From the IMG/VR virus record IMGVR_UViG_3300006922_000005: DNA of 64,000 nt; one strand, written 5' to 3'. The notes under the pieces were generated by a model that had not been told where the DNA came from, searched no databases, and worked only from the letters and a program-made list of their open reading frames with translations. Of the stretch, positions 56,264-64,000 are shown one piece after another (the first letter of the stretch is position 1; each line of letters starts with the position of its first letter). Origin of the DNA: a virus (lineage: Duplodnaviria; Caudoviricetes). The position numbers and the translations under genes were made by a program.

Positions 56264-56890
56264 TTACTCCAAGCCTTTTATGACTCGTAGCATCTGTTCT
56301 TTGAGATACTTCTGTGCTTTAGCATCTTTCGATACTTCGTGTGCCGCCCTAATTGCACTATAACCACCCTTTGTATTCATTAAGTGTTCATAGATTGGTG
56401 TCGGGTAAGCACCCGGCGCACTTGGTTGTGCTACCACATCAACTGTGATAATTTCAAATCCGTTAACTTCTCCAGTGGATTCATTAACTTCACCTGCTCC
56501 TCGTGAACTGACTCCCAGTTTCACACCTGACTGTAACATGGTTTTTACAAGATTACCCATCGGGGTAGGCAAAATTTTCATCTTACCAAACCCGTTAGGG
56601 CCATCCATCCACATATCAGTAATCATATGCGATACACGATCTAAATTGACCTTTAAATCATCTGGGTGATCAACTTCACCTAGTACAGAATAACCGCCGT
56701 CGATCTGATCCTTGAGCGTTTTAACAGCGTTGCCTATCTCGGAGACAGGGTAGATTCGCTGGTTAGCGTTTTTAACACCACCCTGAATACAGATGCCTTT
56801 TAGATAAAGATCTTTTTCAGTACCTTCACCTATTGACTCAAGTGTGACTTTCGCCTGATCGAACGTAAGATGTTCTCTTAAGTATGCCAT
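56264..56890 (-). CDS. gp21: Prohead protease
   Basis: N.NQRIYP, LGEVDHP, GVKLGVSSRG.G, TVDVVAQPSAPGA. Confidence 0.93.
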   Translation of the reverse strand: MAYLREHLTFDQAKVTLESIGEGTEKDLYLKGICIQGGVKNANQRIYPVSEIGNAVKTLKDQIDGGYSVLGEVDHPDDLKVNLDRVSHMITDMWMDGPNGFGKMKILPTPMGNLVKTMLQSGVKLGVSSRGAGEVNESTGEVNGFEIITVDVVAQPSAPGAYPTPIYEHLMNTKGGYSAIRAAHEVSKDAKAQKYLKEQMLRVIKGLE

Positions 56891-56906
56891 ATTAGCAAAC
56901 TCCTAA

Positions 56907-57761
56907 TTATTCAGCACTCTTTGGTGCAGATGCCTTCTTATAAGTGTCTCCGGCTTTTGAACCTGGTTCATTCTCGAAAGATTTTCCCATGTCTTTTGGC
57001 TTTTGAGCACTACCGCCCTTTTCTTCACTACCGCCGATAGCATGTGCTTTAGCATCGTTAGGTGCTTTAGCGTTACTTGCTACTGGTGAAGTAGTTGCAT
57101 CAGCGCCTTCGGAATTGGATGGAGCAGAAACTTTTTCTACGTATTCACGCATAGTTTCGCCAGCGGATTTTGCTTCTGTTGCTTCATCTACATTTTCTAC
57201 TTCTTCGTCTGTTGACTCAATAGCAGGTTCAAATGCTTCCTTATCGGCTTCTTCTGATTCTTCTTCGTCGCCTTCTTCTGCATCATCTTCGTCTTCTGGT
57301 TTGTCGTCCATCATGGCTTCAAACTCATTTTTAAGATCGTCTAATGCATCTTCAAGGTCTACAACGCGGTCTTCAATATCATCATGCTCTTCTTCATGAT
57401 CATCCATTTTACCGTCATCGTCGAAATCCATTTTGTCTTCTTCATCACCGGATACTGCTTTCATCATCATATCTGTTGCATCTCCGCCGACTTCCTCGAC
57501 TGATTCGTCTTCAAAGTTTTCTTCAACTTTGTCTTCTTTTTCTTCTTTTGCTTCTGCGTCAGTTGCTTCTTCAACTTCGTCTTCTTTTGACTCTTCAGTT
57601 GCTTCTTCAACTTCGTCTTCTTTTTCCTCAGACTCGATAAGTCCTTGGTAAATTTCTTTTGATTTCTCTACCACGATATCGTGGAAAAGTTCTTCTGCTT
57701 TATCTTTATCTTCATTCACTAGAAGATCAAGCAGTTGTTCAAATTTGCTTGTATCTGACAT
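56907..57761 (-). CDS. Highly acidic prohead core-like protein
   Basis: D/E-rich 284 aa in the gp67/gp68 position between portal and protease. Confidence 0.65.
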   Translation of the reverse strand: MSDTSKFEQLLDLLVNEDKDKAEELFHDIVVEKSKEIYQGLIESEEKEDEVEEATEESKEDEVEEATDAEAKEEKEDKVEENFEDESVEEVGGDATDMMMKAVSGDEEDKMDFDDDGKMDDHEEEHDDIEDRVVDLEDALDDLKNEFEAMMDDKPEDEDDAEEGDEEESEEADKEAFEPAIESTDEEVENVDEATEAKSAGETMREYVEKVSAPSNSEGADATTSPVASNAKAPNDAKAHAIGGSEEKGGSAQKPKDMGKSFENEPGSKAGDTYKKASAPKSAE

Positions 57762-57860
57762 TGTTTTCTCCTTAATTTATATTAGTTGGCAAGGCTGTCC
57801 CTTGTATTTACGATAAAACCACTTTTACCGGTGAAAATAGGCTCATTTCTTACATTCTTG

Positions 57861-58454
57861 CTAATCATGTGGTTTTTTGAGTCTAAATTCGAGTTCATCA
57901 TAGTCAATATTGCGTATATTATCGTAACTGTTAAGTTGTGCTGGACAAAAATCTCCAACGTTAGTTACCCTTAAAAACTGTATATCAGTATTAGTTCTGA
58001 TTACGCTTTCAGTTTGTCTAAGCCAATTGCCATAATACGTTGCTGGTTCTTTTGATTTCTTATAATTGTTAGTGTCTGCAAACAAGTTATTAAACTTCTT
58101 GCCGCCATTTAATCCCATATAATCAAATCCTAGTATGTAGATAGTTTTATGCTTGTCGTCAGCCGCTTTTGCTAGTGCTGTAGGACCACTGCTCCATCCT
58201 CTGCTAGGTTGAAAGTAATTAAGATTAGTATATTCTTTGTATCCGTTATTATAGTTTGTCCATACTACATGATTATGATGATAACCATCTGCTACAATCT
58301 CATGTACCATTTTTGGATCAACTGCAATAAGAACATCAGGTTCAAAACTTCGATAAACGGCATTGCAGGCATAGATGTTTCCTTTGCCACGCAACTTTTC
58401 TACATCAAAATGTTTTCTGGAGGTACCGTTACCCATTACGAATGCTGTGTTCAT
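57861..58454 (-). CDS. Maf/DUF115-like (sialyltransferase-like fold) protein
   Basis: AFVMGNGTS, YACNAVY, DVLIAVD, SSGPTAL, IYILGFD. Confidence 0.6.
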   Translation of the reverse strand: MNTAFVMGNGTSRKHFDVEKLRGKGNIYACNAVYRSFEPDVLIAVDPKMVHEIVADGYHHNHVVWTNYNNGYKEYTNLNYFQPSRGWSSGPTALAKAADDKHKTIYILGFDYMGLNGGKKFNNLFADTNNYKKSKEPATYYGNWLRQTESVIRTNTDIQFLRVTNVGDFCPAQLNSYDNIRNIDYDELEFRLKKPHD

Positions 58455-58475
58455 AATGGTATTTAAACAGTTTTA

Positions 58476-58721
58476 TTAAAGGGTAGTATCTTCTTGAGCA
58501 GGTTGTCCATACATCAGTTGCACAAACTCTAATTCTTTTGCTTGTTCAACTTCTCTTGCTTCAGATGTACGTCTAATTTGATTAAGTTGTTCTAGTGTAA
58601 GTCTAGTTTTTCTAGTATCCGCGGGTTTAATTACAGAAATATCTCTCTGAGCACTATAACGTTTATCGTCCTCAAAGTCTTGTCCGTCTTTATCAAAATA
58701 AAAAAATTCTTTTAACAACAT
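58476..58721 (-). CDS. Small hypothetical head-module protein
   Basis: Start reassigned to MLLKEFF at 58721 behind TAAATA; RKTRLTL.QLN.IR...YG. Confidence 0.65.
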   Translation of the reverse strand: MLLKEFFYFDKDGQDFEDDKRYSAQRDISVIKPADTRKTRLTLEQLNQIRRTSEAREVEQAKELEFVQLMYGQPAQEDTTL

Positions 58722-58734
58722 ATTATTATTTACC

Positions 58735-60432
58735 TTAAACTGTGTCGCCACCAGGAGTAGTATCAGGCTCTGACACATCTATTTCTGGTTCAGGAGCATC
58801 TGCTCCAGGCTCTGTAGTACCAAGATCATCTAAGTCTGATTGTATACCACTTGGTGTAACACCTGCACTACGCATTTCTGCACCAGCACTTGCGTTATTG
58901 AAGTTTTCATTTGTGTTTTCTTCACGCCACATTGCTTCGTTCTCTGCAAGTTCTTCTTGTGAAAGACCTAAGAAACGTTTAAGTGCAAATCGTTTACTCA
59001 TGTAAGGTACTTCTTGTAGTGAAGCAAACGTGTTAACTCTGGCATTATCCATTTCACTTTGTCTATATGAAGCAAAGTTTTGTGGTGGATTCATTTTTAA
59101 ATCAAATAAGTTGTTGTCAATGTTTACACCTTTAGCGTTCATAAACATTTTAAACTCTCTATCAAATACATATGCACATAAATTTTGTAATCTAACACAG
59201 TATTTGTTGAATCTTAGTTCTTGAATATAAGCAGTGCCTACCCTACCGTCGTTATACTGTGCGGCAGAATCATCTGCACCGGTAGGTAAGTAAGAACTTG
59301 GAATACGTAAACCACGGAATAACTTGTTAGTAAAATATTTTAAGTCATCTATTTCGCCTAGGTTAGTTCCGCCTGGTAGTGTTTCTACTTTAGAACCACG
59401 TCCTTCCGCTGTTTGTGGAAAGAAGTAATCTTCATTAATTGATAGTGGATTGAAACTAGCGTCAATAACGTTAGTACCACCTCCAGTTGCTGACGGAATT
59501 CTACGTTGATGAATTTCATTTTTAATTCTTTCAACAAATCCCATAGCAAGGTGAGTAGGCATGTTACCTACGTCGATGTAAAATACTCTTCTTTCAGGTG
59601 CTCTTTGCACACGATAGATAATAATTGCATCTTCAAGTAATTCTTTCTGCTTATAAACTTTGAAAACACTTTCTAATAGACTGTTACCAAAAGGAAAGTT
59701 TCTATCTAACCCTTCACTTAAACTTAAATGTACAACATGCTCTGCTTCAATTGTTGCTTGGTTTTGTGTTTTATCAAATCTTGTACCAACTGAACCCGAA
59801 TTAGCACCAACATACCCTTTTCCTTGGCCTCCGCCTGAAGTTGTATAATCTATTTGTCCTGTGCCTGCGTTTGGATTCTTTTGTGATACACTTAAATGTT
59901 GAAAGTTTACATTAATATCACTAATAACATATTGTTCAGGTTCTTTACCTTCGCTTTCATTAACAATTACCTTGTTAACTTTAGCAGGATCAATATGAAA
60001 TAATTTAAATGTTTCTGGATCTCTTACAAAAAATGCATCGCCATATTTGAATACATTACGCATTACTCTAAAAATACGTCTGTCAAATTGATTCATGTCA
60101 ACCCATTGTTGCAAATACTGTTTTAATATTTTTGTTTCTGCACCTGTTGCTTGTTGTTTAAAGAACAACTGAAATGGAGTTTTGTTTTCCATGTTTTCTT
60201 GTGTACAAAACTCTGCTAGAATATCTAAGGCCGCATTAACTTCACTGTCAGCGTCCATTGTTTCGTACTGTCCATAACGTTCAATACGATTAGGATGTCC
60301 TGAATAAACATCAGGCAAGAAACTCGAATAGTTTGTCCTTGCAGGACCTGCTTGTCCGCTACCAGATACTGGACTTACTTGTCCTGAAGTATTCTCTGGT
60401 TTGTATTCTTGAAAGTATTTTTTCCAACCCAT
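58735..60432 (-). CDS. gp20: Portal vertex protein
   Basis: YKQKELLEDAIIIYRVQRAPERRVFYIDVGNMP, EDYFFP...GRG..V.TLPGG.NLG.I.D..YF..KL..GL.IP. Confidence 0.96.
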   Translation of the reverse strand: MGWKKYFQEYKPENTSGQVSPVSGSGQAGPARTNYSSFLPDVYSGHPNRIERYGQYETMDADSEVNAALDILAEFCTQENMENKTPFQLFFKQQATGAETKILKQYLQQWVDMNQFDRRIFRVMRNVFKYGDAFFVRDPETFKLFHIDPAKVNKVIVNESEGKEPEQYVISDINVNFQHLSVSQKNPNAGTGQIDYTTSGGGQGKGYVGANSGSVGTRFDKTQNQATIEAEHVVHLSLSEGLDRNFPFGNSLLESVFKVYKQKELLEDAIIIYRVQRAPERRVFYIDVGNMPTHLAMGFVERIKNEIHQRRIPSATGGGTNVIDASFNPLSINEDYFFPQTAEGRGSKVETLPGGTNLGEIDDLKYFTNKLFRGLRIPSSYLPTGADDSAAQYNDGRVGTAYIQELRFNKYCVRLQNLCAYVFDREFKMFMNAKGVNIDNNLFDLKMNPPQNFASYRQSEMDNARVNTFASLQEVPYMSKRFALKRFLGLSQEELAENEAMWREENTNENFNNASAGAEMRSAGVTPSGIQSDLDDLGTTEPGADAPEPEIDVSEPDTTPGGDTV

Positions 60433-60441
60433 ATTTTTTTC

Positions 60442-62709
60442 CTAACTGTATTGTTCAACAGTTGCTATAACCTGTTTAGTTAAATTATTCTGTGTATCCA
60501 TTTTCCTTGTAAGCATATTTAACGCATCTAGTAATTTTACACTACCTTCCCGGTTGCTGTCAACTAGTTTGTTAACCAAATTGCTTGATCCTGACGTTTG
60601 AGTGTTAGTTTCTTGGTTTCCTTGTTGTTTTGCACCTTGATTATACGCATTGGCTACTAAATTATTCAATTGAGGTTCATTTAGTACTGCTTCTTTTCCG
60701 TGTAACGTTGCAACGGTGCCTGATCCAAAGTCTTTTAGTACACTACCATATGCACCCATAGTACCGCCAAACATTGAATTTTCATCTAATGATTTTTGAT
60801 ATGCTTGTAATTCTCTAAATAAATCTATAAGTACTTGATTATAATTTGGACCAAACAAATTTTTTAATTCTTCTTCGTCAGTTCCAGCAAGCCAGTCATC
60901 TGGACTTGTAAATTTCCTCATCAAGTTTTGATAAAGTTGATTTGGTTTTATGCTCAAACCGATCGGCGATGTTCTTGCATCCGCATCAGGTCTTACATAT
61001 TTTTGTAAAATATCTGCGGCACCTGATTGCTCGTTGACTTTTGTAAATATATTATCCTGGACAAACGGAGTGCCCTCCATAACTCTTTTTAAATCATTAT
61101 AGTTAGTGTCTTTACCATCTTTTAATTCACTTTCAATTTTAGCCGCGGCTGAGTCAGCAATTGATTCATCGTCTAAAAATAAAAATCTAATCAATTTTGA
61201 ATTTGCCATCGTCAAATACATCTTATCAAGTAATTCGTTAAACTTTCTTGAAAGGTAAGGAATAAATCCTTCTCCTTCTATATCATCTGTAACATCTGAT
61301 AAAAATGTGTTAAAGGCAGTCATTCCGTCTTGAAAACTTTTTGATGTTACAATTTGAACAAACGAATCTGCTAATTGTTCTCTTAAAGTTTGTAACATAG
61401 AGTTTAGATTATTAAATGCTTCTGCTAGTGGACTTGTTTTACCCATGTCACTTTCTAGATCTTCAGCACTTCCTGTAAATTTTTGAATACCCATTAACAA
61501 ATCACCAAACGTTGGACCAAGTCCATCGCCGGCCATTGTAATTGCCGCACCAAATCTTGCATTACTGTCTACAAATCCTTTTTGACTGTTTGCAAAAGCA
61601 GTAACGTTGTTCAGCAACCCTGCTTCAAACGATTCTAAAGAACCGTTAAAATTTCTAGACGATGCAACAGACTGTCTAAGTGTGTCACTAAATCCTTTAT
61701 TGATGGTCATCATTTGAGCCGCGCCTTCAGTAAGAGGTGCTACACCCATTATCATCGACATTGCCGCTTCTCTACCTGAATCACCAAACTGTCCAAATGT
61801 TCGCATCACTGATTCTGCTCTGGCTTTTTCTTGACCTTCAAGTCCAGACATAAACACTGCAAACGATTTGTTAGCATTTGCTTTATCTACTTCGTCTTGA
61901 ATTGCATCTGCTTGAGTACCTGTTAGTTCAGATAGTCTTCTAATACCTTTTGCATAATCATCACTCATGTCAATTAATTGACTACGTGTCATTGTTTCTC
62001 TTTGCAATGCCATTGAGTTTTGTGCAAAGAATCTCATAAAGGTTTCGTTTTGTTCTTCAAAACTTAAACCAAATCTCTGTAAACTATCTCTGTTTTGATC
62101 AAATGCTATTCCTGCATCTTTAACGGCCATTTCAGCACCACGTGTTGCTGTTCCTAAAAATGCTAGTCTTTCTGAATTTGATGCTATACTTCCTGCAAGT
62201 CCATCTAAACCAATACCTAGTCTAGCCGCCATTCCGTTCATGTATTCTAATTTGTCACCGAATGCTATACCTGATGCTGATAGTTGCTGGAATGTTGTGT
62301 AGTTTTTATATAATAGTTCTACAACTGCATGAACTGCTTCACCTAAAGCACCTAACGGTCCTGGTAAATCTCCTAGTGCTTTAGATAGATCTGTAATTTT
62401 AGGTTGTGTTGCAACAAATCCTGTACCAAGTTTAACAGCACCAGCACCCATTGTCGTAAGTCCTGCTAGAGCACCAGTGGCTAAACCTATGCCTTTGCCT
62501 AAAGCACCAAAAGCAACATTTGCAAAGTTAATTGATTTACCTAATTTAACCATAGGTAATGCCGCGCCACCAACAGTACCTGCTCCGCCTTTGCCGCCGC
62601 CCATGCCTTCCATATCACGTAAAGTGTCTAAGATCTTCTGCATTGTGGCTTCTTCAGCCGCATTATCCAATCTTACATCTGCATCACCAATTTGACCAGT
62701 TACTGCCAT
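60442..62709 (-). CDS. Tape measure protein
   Basis: 755-aa Ala/Gly-rich helical protein; C-terminal ATLHGKEAVL motif; divergent from the gp26-like gene. Confidence 0.75.
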   Translation of the reverse strand: MAVTGQIGDADVRLDNAAEEATMQKILDTLRDMEGMGGGKGGAGTVGGAALPMVKLGKSINFANVAFGALGKGIGLATGALAGLTTMGAGAVKLGTGFVATQPKITDLSKALGDLPGPLGALGEAVHAVVELLYKNYTTFQQLSASGIAFGDKLEYMNGMAARLGIGLDGLAGSIASNSERLAFLGTATRGAEMAVKDAGIAFDQNRDSLQRFGLSFEEQNETFMRFFAQNSMALQRETMTRSQLIDMSDDYAKGIRRLSELTGTQADAIQDEVDKANANKSFAVFMSGLEGQEKARAESVMRTFGQFGDSGREAAMSMIMGVAPLTEGAAQMMTINKGFSDTLRQSVASSRNFNGSLESFEAGLLNNVTAFANSQKGFVDSNARFGAAITMAGDGLGPTFGDLLMGIQKFTGSAEDLESDMGKTSPLAEAFNNLNSMLQTLREQLADSFVQIVTSKSFQDGMTAFNTFLSDVTDDIEGEGFIPYLSRKFNELLDKMYLTMANSKLIRFLFLDDESIADSAAAKIESELKDGKDTNYNDLKRVMEGTPFVQDNIFTKVNEQSGAADILQKYVRPDADARTSPIGLSIKPNQLYQNLMRKFTSPDDWLAGTDEEELKNLFGPNYNQVLIDLFRELQAYQKSLDENSMFGGTMGAYGSVLKDFGSGTVATLHGKEAVLNEPQLNNLVANAYNQGAKQQGNQETNTQTSGSSNLVNKLVDSNREGSVKLLDALNMLTRKMDTQNNLTKQVIATVEQYS

Positions 62710-62736
62710 AATTTAAAAATCCCCATAATATACGTA

Positions 62737-62777
62737 TATAAATACATTTACTAATTATTAGTACAACTGTATTTATA
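62737..62777. promoter_or_regulatory. Two overlapping, oppositely oriented perfect late promoters
   Basis: TATAAATA on the plus strand at 62737-62744 and on the minus strand at 62770-62777. Confidence 0.8.
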
Positions 62778-62790
62778 GAGGATAACAACC

Positions 62791-63657
62791 ATGGAAAATC
62801 AAAGCGTTTTAAACAAGTACAAACGCCAACCAAAAATTTACTTGACACTACCTAGTGGTGGTGCATTTTATCCTTCGAATCCAATGGAAAAAACTGGGTC
62901 TGGAGAATTACCAATTTATTCAATGACGGCCAAAGATGAGTTAATGATTAAAACACCTGATGCATTAATGAGCGGTGAAGCAACTGTAGATGTAATCAAA
63001 TCATGCTGTCCAATGATTGATGATCCGTGGAGTATGCCAAATATTGATTTAGATGCTATTTTAATTGCTATACGTATTGCTACATATGGCGAAAAGATGG
63101 AACTACAAGTTCCTATTAGATATTATGAAGACGATGATCTTAAAGTAGGTAGCGAAACTATTGAAATTGATTTACGTACTATATTAGATAAAATGCAAGG
63201 TAAAACTTGGAACGGTATTATTACTCACGGTGATCTTACATTTCATGTTAAGCCTTTATCCTACAAAGAAACAACTAGTTTCTTTATGACTACATTTGAG
63301 AACCAAAGATTGTCACAAGTAATGCAAGATAGTAAAATTGATCAAGCACAAAAATTACAAGCATTCAAAGAAGGATTTAAAAAATTAAGTCAAATGACGT
63401 TGGATATGGTTATTACAAATGTTACAGGAATTGAAACTCCAGAAGGTACAGAAACTAATGCACAAGCCATAAGACAATTTTTTGAAACTACTGACAAAGA
63501 GACATTTACAGCAGTTCAAAAAGGACTTGAGGATTTAAAAGAATACTGGAGTACACCAAATACCAAATTTCAAGTACCTGCAGATTATGTGGAGAAGGGC
63601 GCCGAGACGGTTATTGATGTACCGATGGTGTTCGACAATGCAAGTTTTTTCGCATAA
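62791..63657 (+). CDS. gp26: Baseplate hub assembly protein / tail chaperone, T4 gp26-like
   Basis: Y.RQPKIY..LPS.G, MTAKDEL..KTPDAL, D.DAIL.AIRIATYGE; ends SFFA. Confidence 0.75.
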   Translation: MENQSVLNKYKRQPKIYLTLPSGGAFYPSNPMEKTGSGELPIYSMTAKDELMIKTPDALMSGEATVDVIKSCCPMIDDPWSMPNIDLDAILIAIRIATYGEKMELQVPIRYYEDDDLKVGSETIEIDLRTILDKMQGKTWNGIITHGDLTFHVKPLSYKETTSFFMTTFENQRLSQVMQDSKIDQAQKLQAFKEGFKKLSQMTLDMVITNVTGIETPEGTETNAQAIRQFFETTDKETFTAVQKGLEDLKEYWSTPNTKFQVPADYVEKGAETVIDVPMVFDNASFFA

Positions 63658-63881
63658 AGGTCGGAACACTCGAACTCTCTGAGATTGATGAATATGTTAC
63701 CGGCCTAGAAAAAGAGTCCCAAGCAATATTAAGTGAATTAGTTAAGTTATGTTGGTACATGCGTGGAGGCATGCAACTTAAAGATGCTTACGGTTCAACT
63801 TACGATGAAAGAAAAGCCATAGGTAAAATGGTTGATGAAAATCTAAAAATTACCAAAGAGTCTGGAATGGCTTTTTTCTAA
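63645..63881 (+). CDS. gp51-like ORF in the -1 frame, probably translated by frameshift from the gp26-like gene
   Basis: Not in the ORF track. The -1 frame reads FFRIKVGTLELSEIDEYVTGLEKESQAILSELVKLCWYMRGG...ENLKITKESGMAFF-stop; no ATG/GTG/TTG before the late internal Met. Confidence 0.65.
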   Translation, partial: FFRIKVGTLELSEIDEYVTGLEKESQAILSELVKLCWYMRGGMQLKDAYGSTYDERKAIGKMVDENLKITKESGMAFF

Positions 63882-63884
63882 AAT

Positions 63885-64000
63885 TTAACTTAAAGTTTTA
63901 ATTAATTGTTTGAGTCTAGCACGACCTTGTGTGCTTTGTAATGCGGCTTGAACAGCATTTATAATTGGTTTAACAGCATTTAATTCATTTTTATTACTAA
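63885..64000 (-). CDS. 3-prime end of a gene entering from the right edge
   Basis: Open frame ...SNKNELNAVKPIINAVQAALQSTQGRARLKQLIKTLS-stop. Confidence 0.55.
   Translation of the reverse strand, partial: SNKNELNAVKPIINAVQAALQSTQGRARLKQLIKTLS

Noticed and set aside
57829-57860. Near-palindrome TTTTACCGGTGAAAA upstream of the acidic core gene as an operator
   Set aside because: Single imperfect occurrence with no second copy found; too weak to call.
1-64000. tRNA/rRNA genes, integrase or IS elements, stop-codon reassignment
   Set aside because: Intergenic gaps are short and showed no cloverleaf by eye (tRNAscan-SE not run); no recombinase or transposase motifs; conserved genes are full length in the standard code.

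Overview
The window is the virion-morphogenesis region of a large, AT-rich T4-like myovirus, probably aquatic and probably uncultured; the host cannot be determined from this window. Most genes lie on the minus strand. Reading right to left they are: tape measure, portal gp20, prohead protease gp21, scaffold gp22, major capsid gp23, about 35 kb of baseplate and tail-fibre genes, then neck and tail genes (gp13/14/15, sheath gp18, tube gp19, gp4). Genes are preceded by T4-late-type TAAATA boxes. Two translationally coupled enzyme islands are nested among the fibre genes (about 13.2-20.2 kb and 33.8-39.6 kb). Together they encode ten 2OG-Fe(II) oxygenases, a flavin-dependent halogenase, a carbamoyltransferase, a J-domain protein and a U32-family/SAM-methyltransferase fusion. 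The leading hypothesis is a late-expressed system that chemically tailors the virion fibres. Other notable signals are a probable -1 ribosomal frameshift joining the gp26-like gene to a start-less gp51-like ORF, a duplicated adaptor-plus-giant-fibre module, cupredoxin-type copper-ligand motifs in two fibres, a subtilase among the fibre genes, a Maf/DUF115-like gene in the head module, and structured GGA-rich late leaders. All family assignments come from motif recognition by eye; no database search was run.
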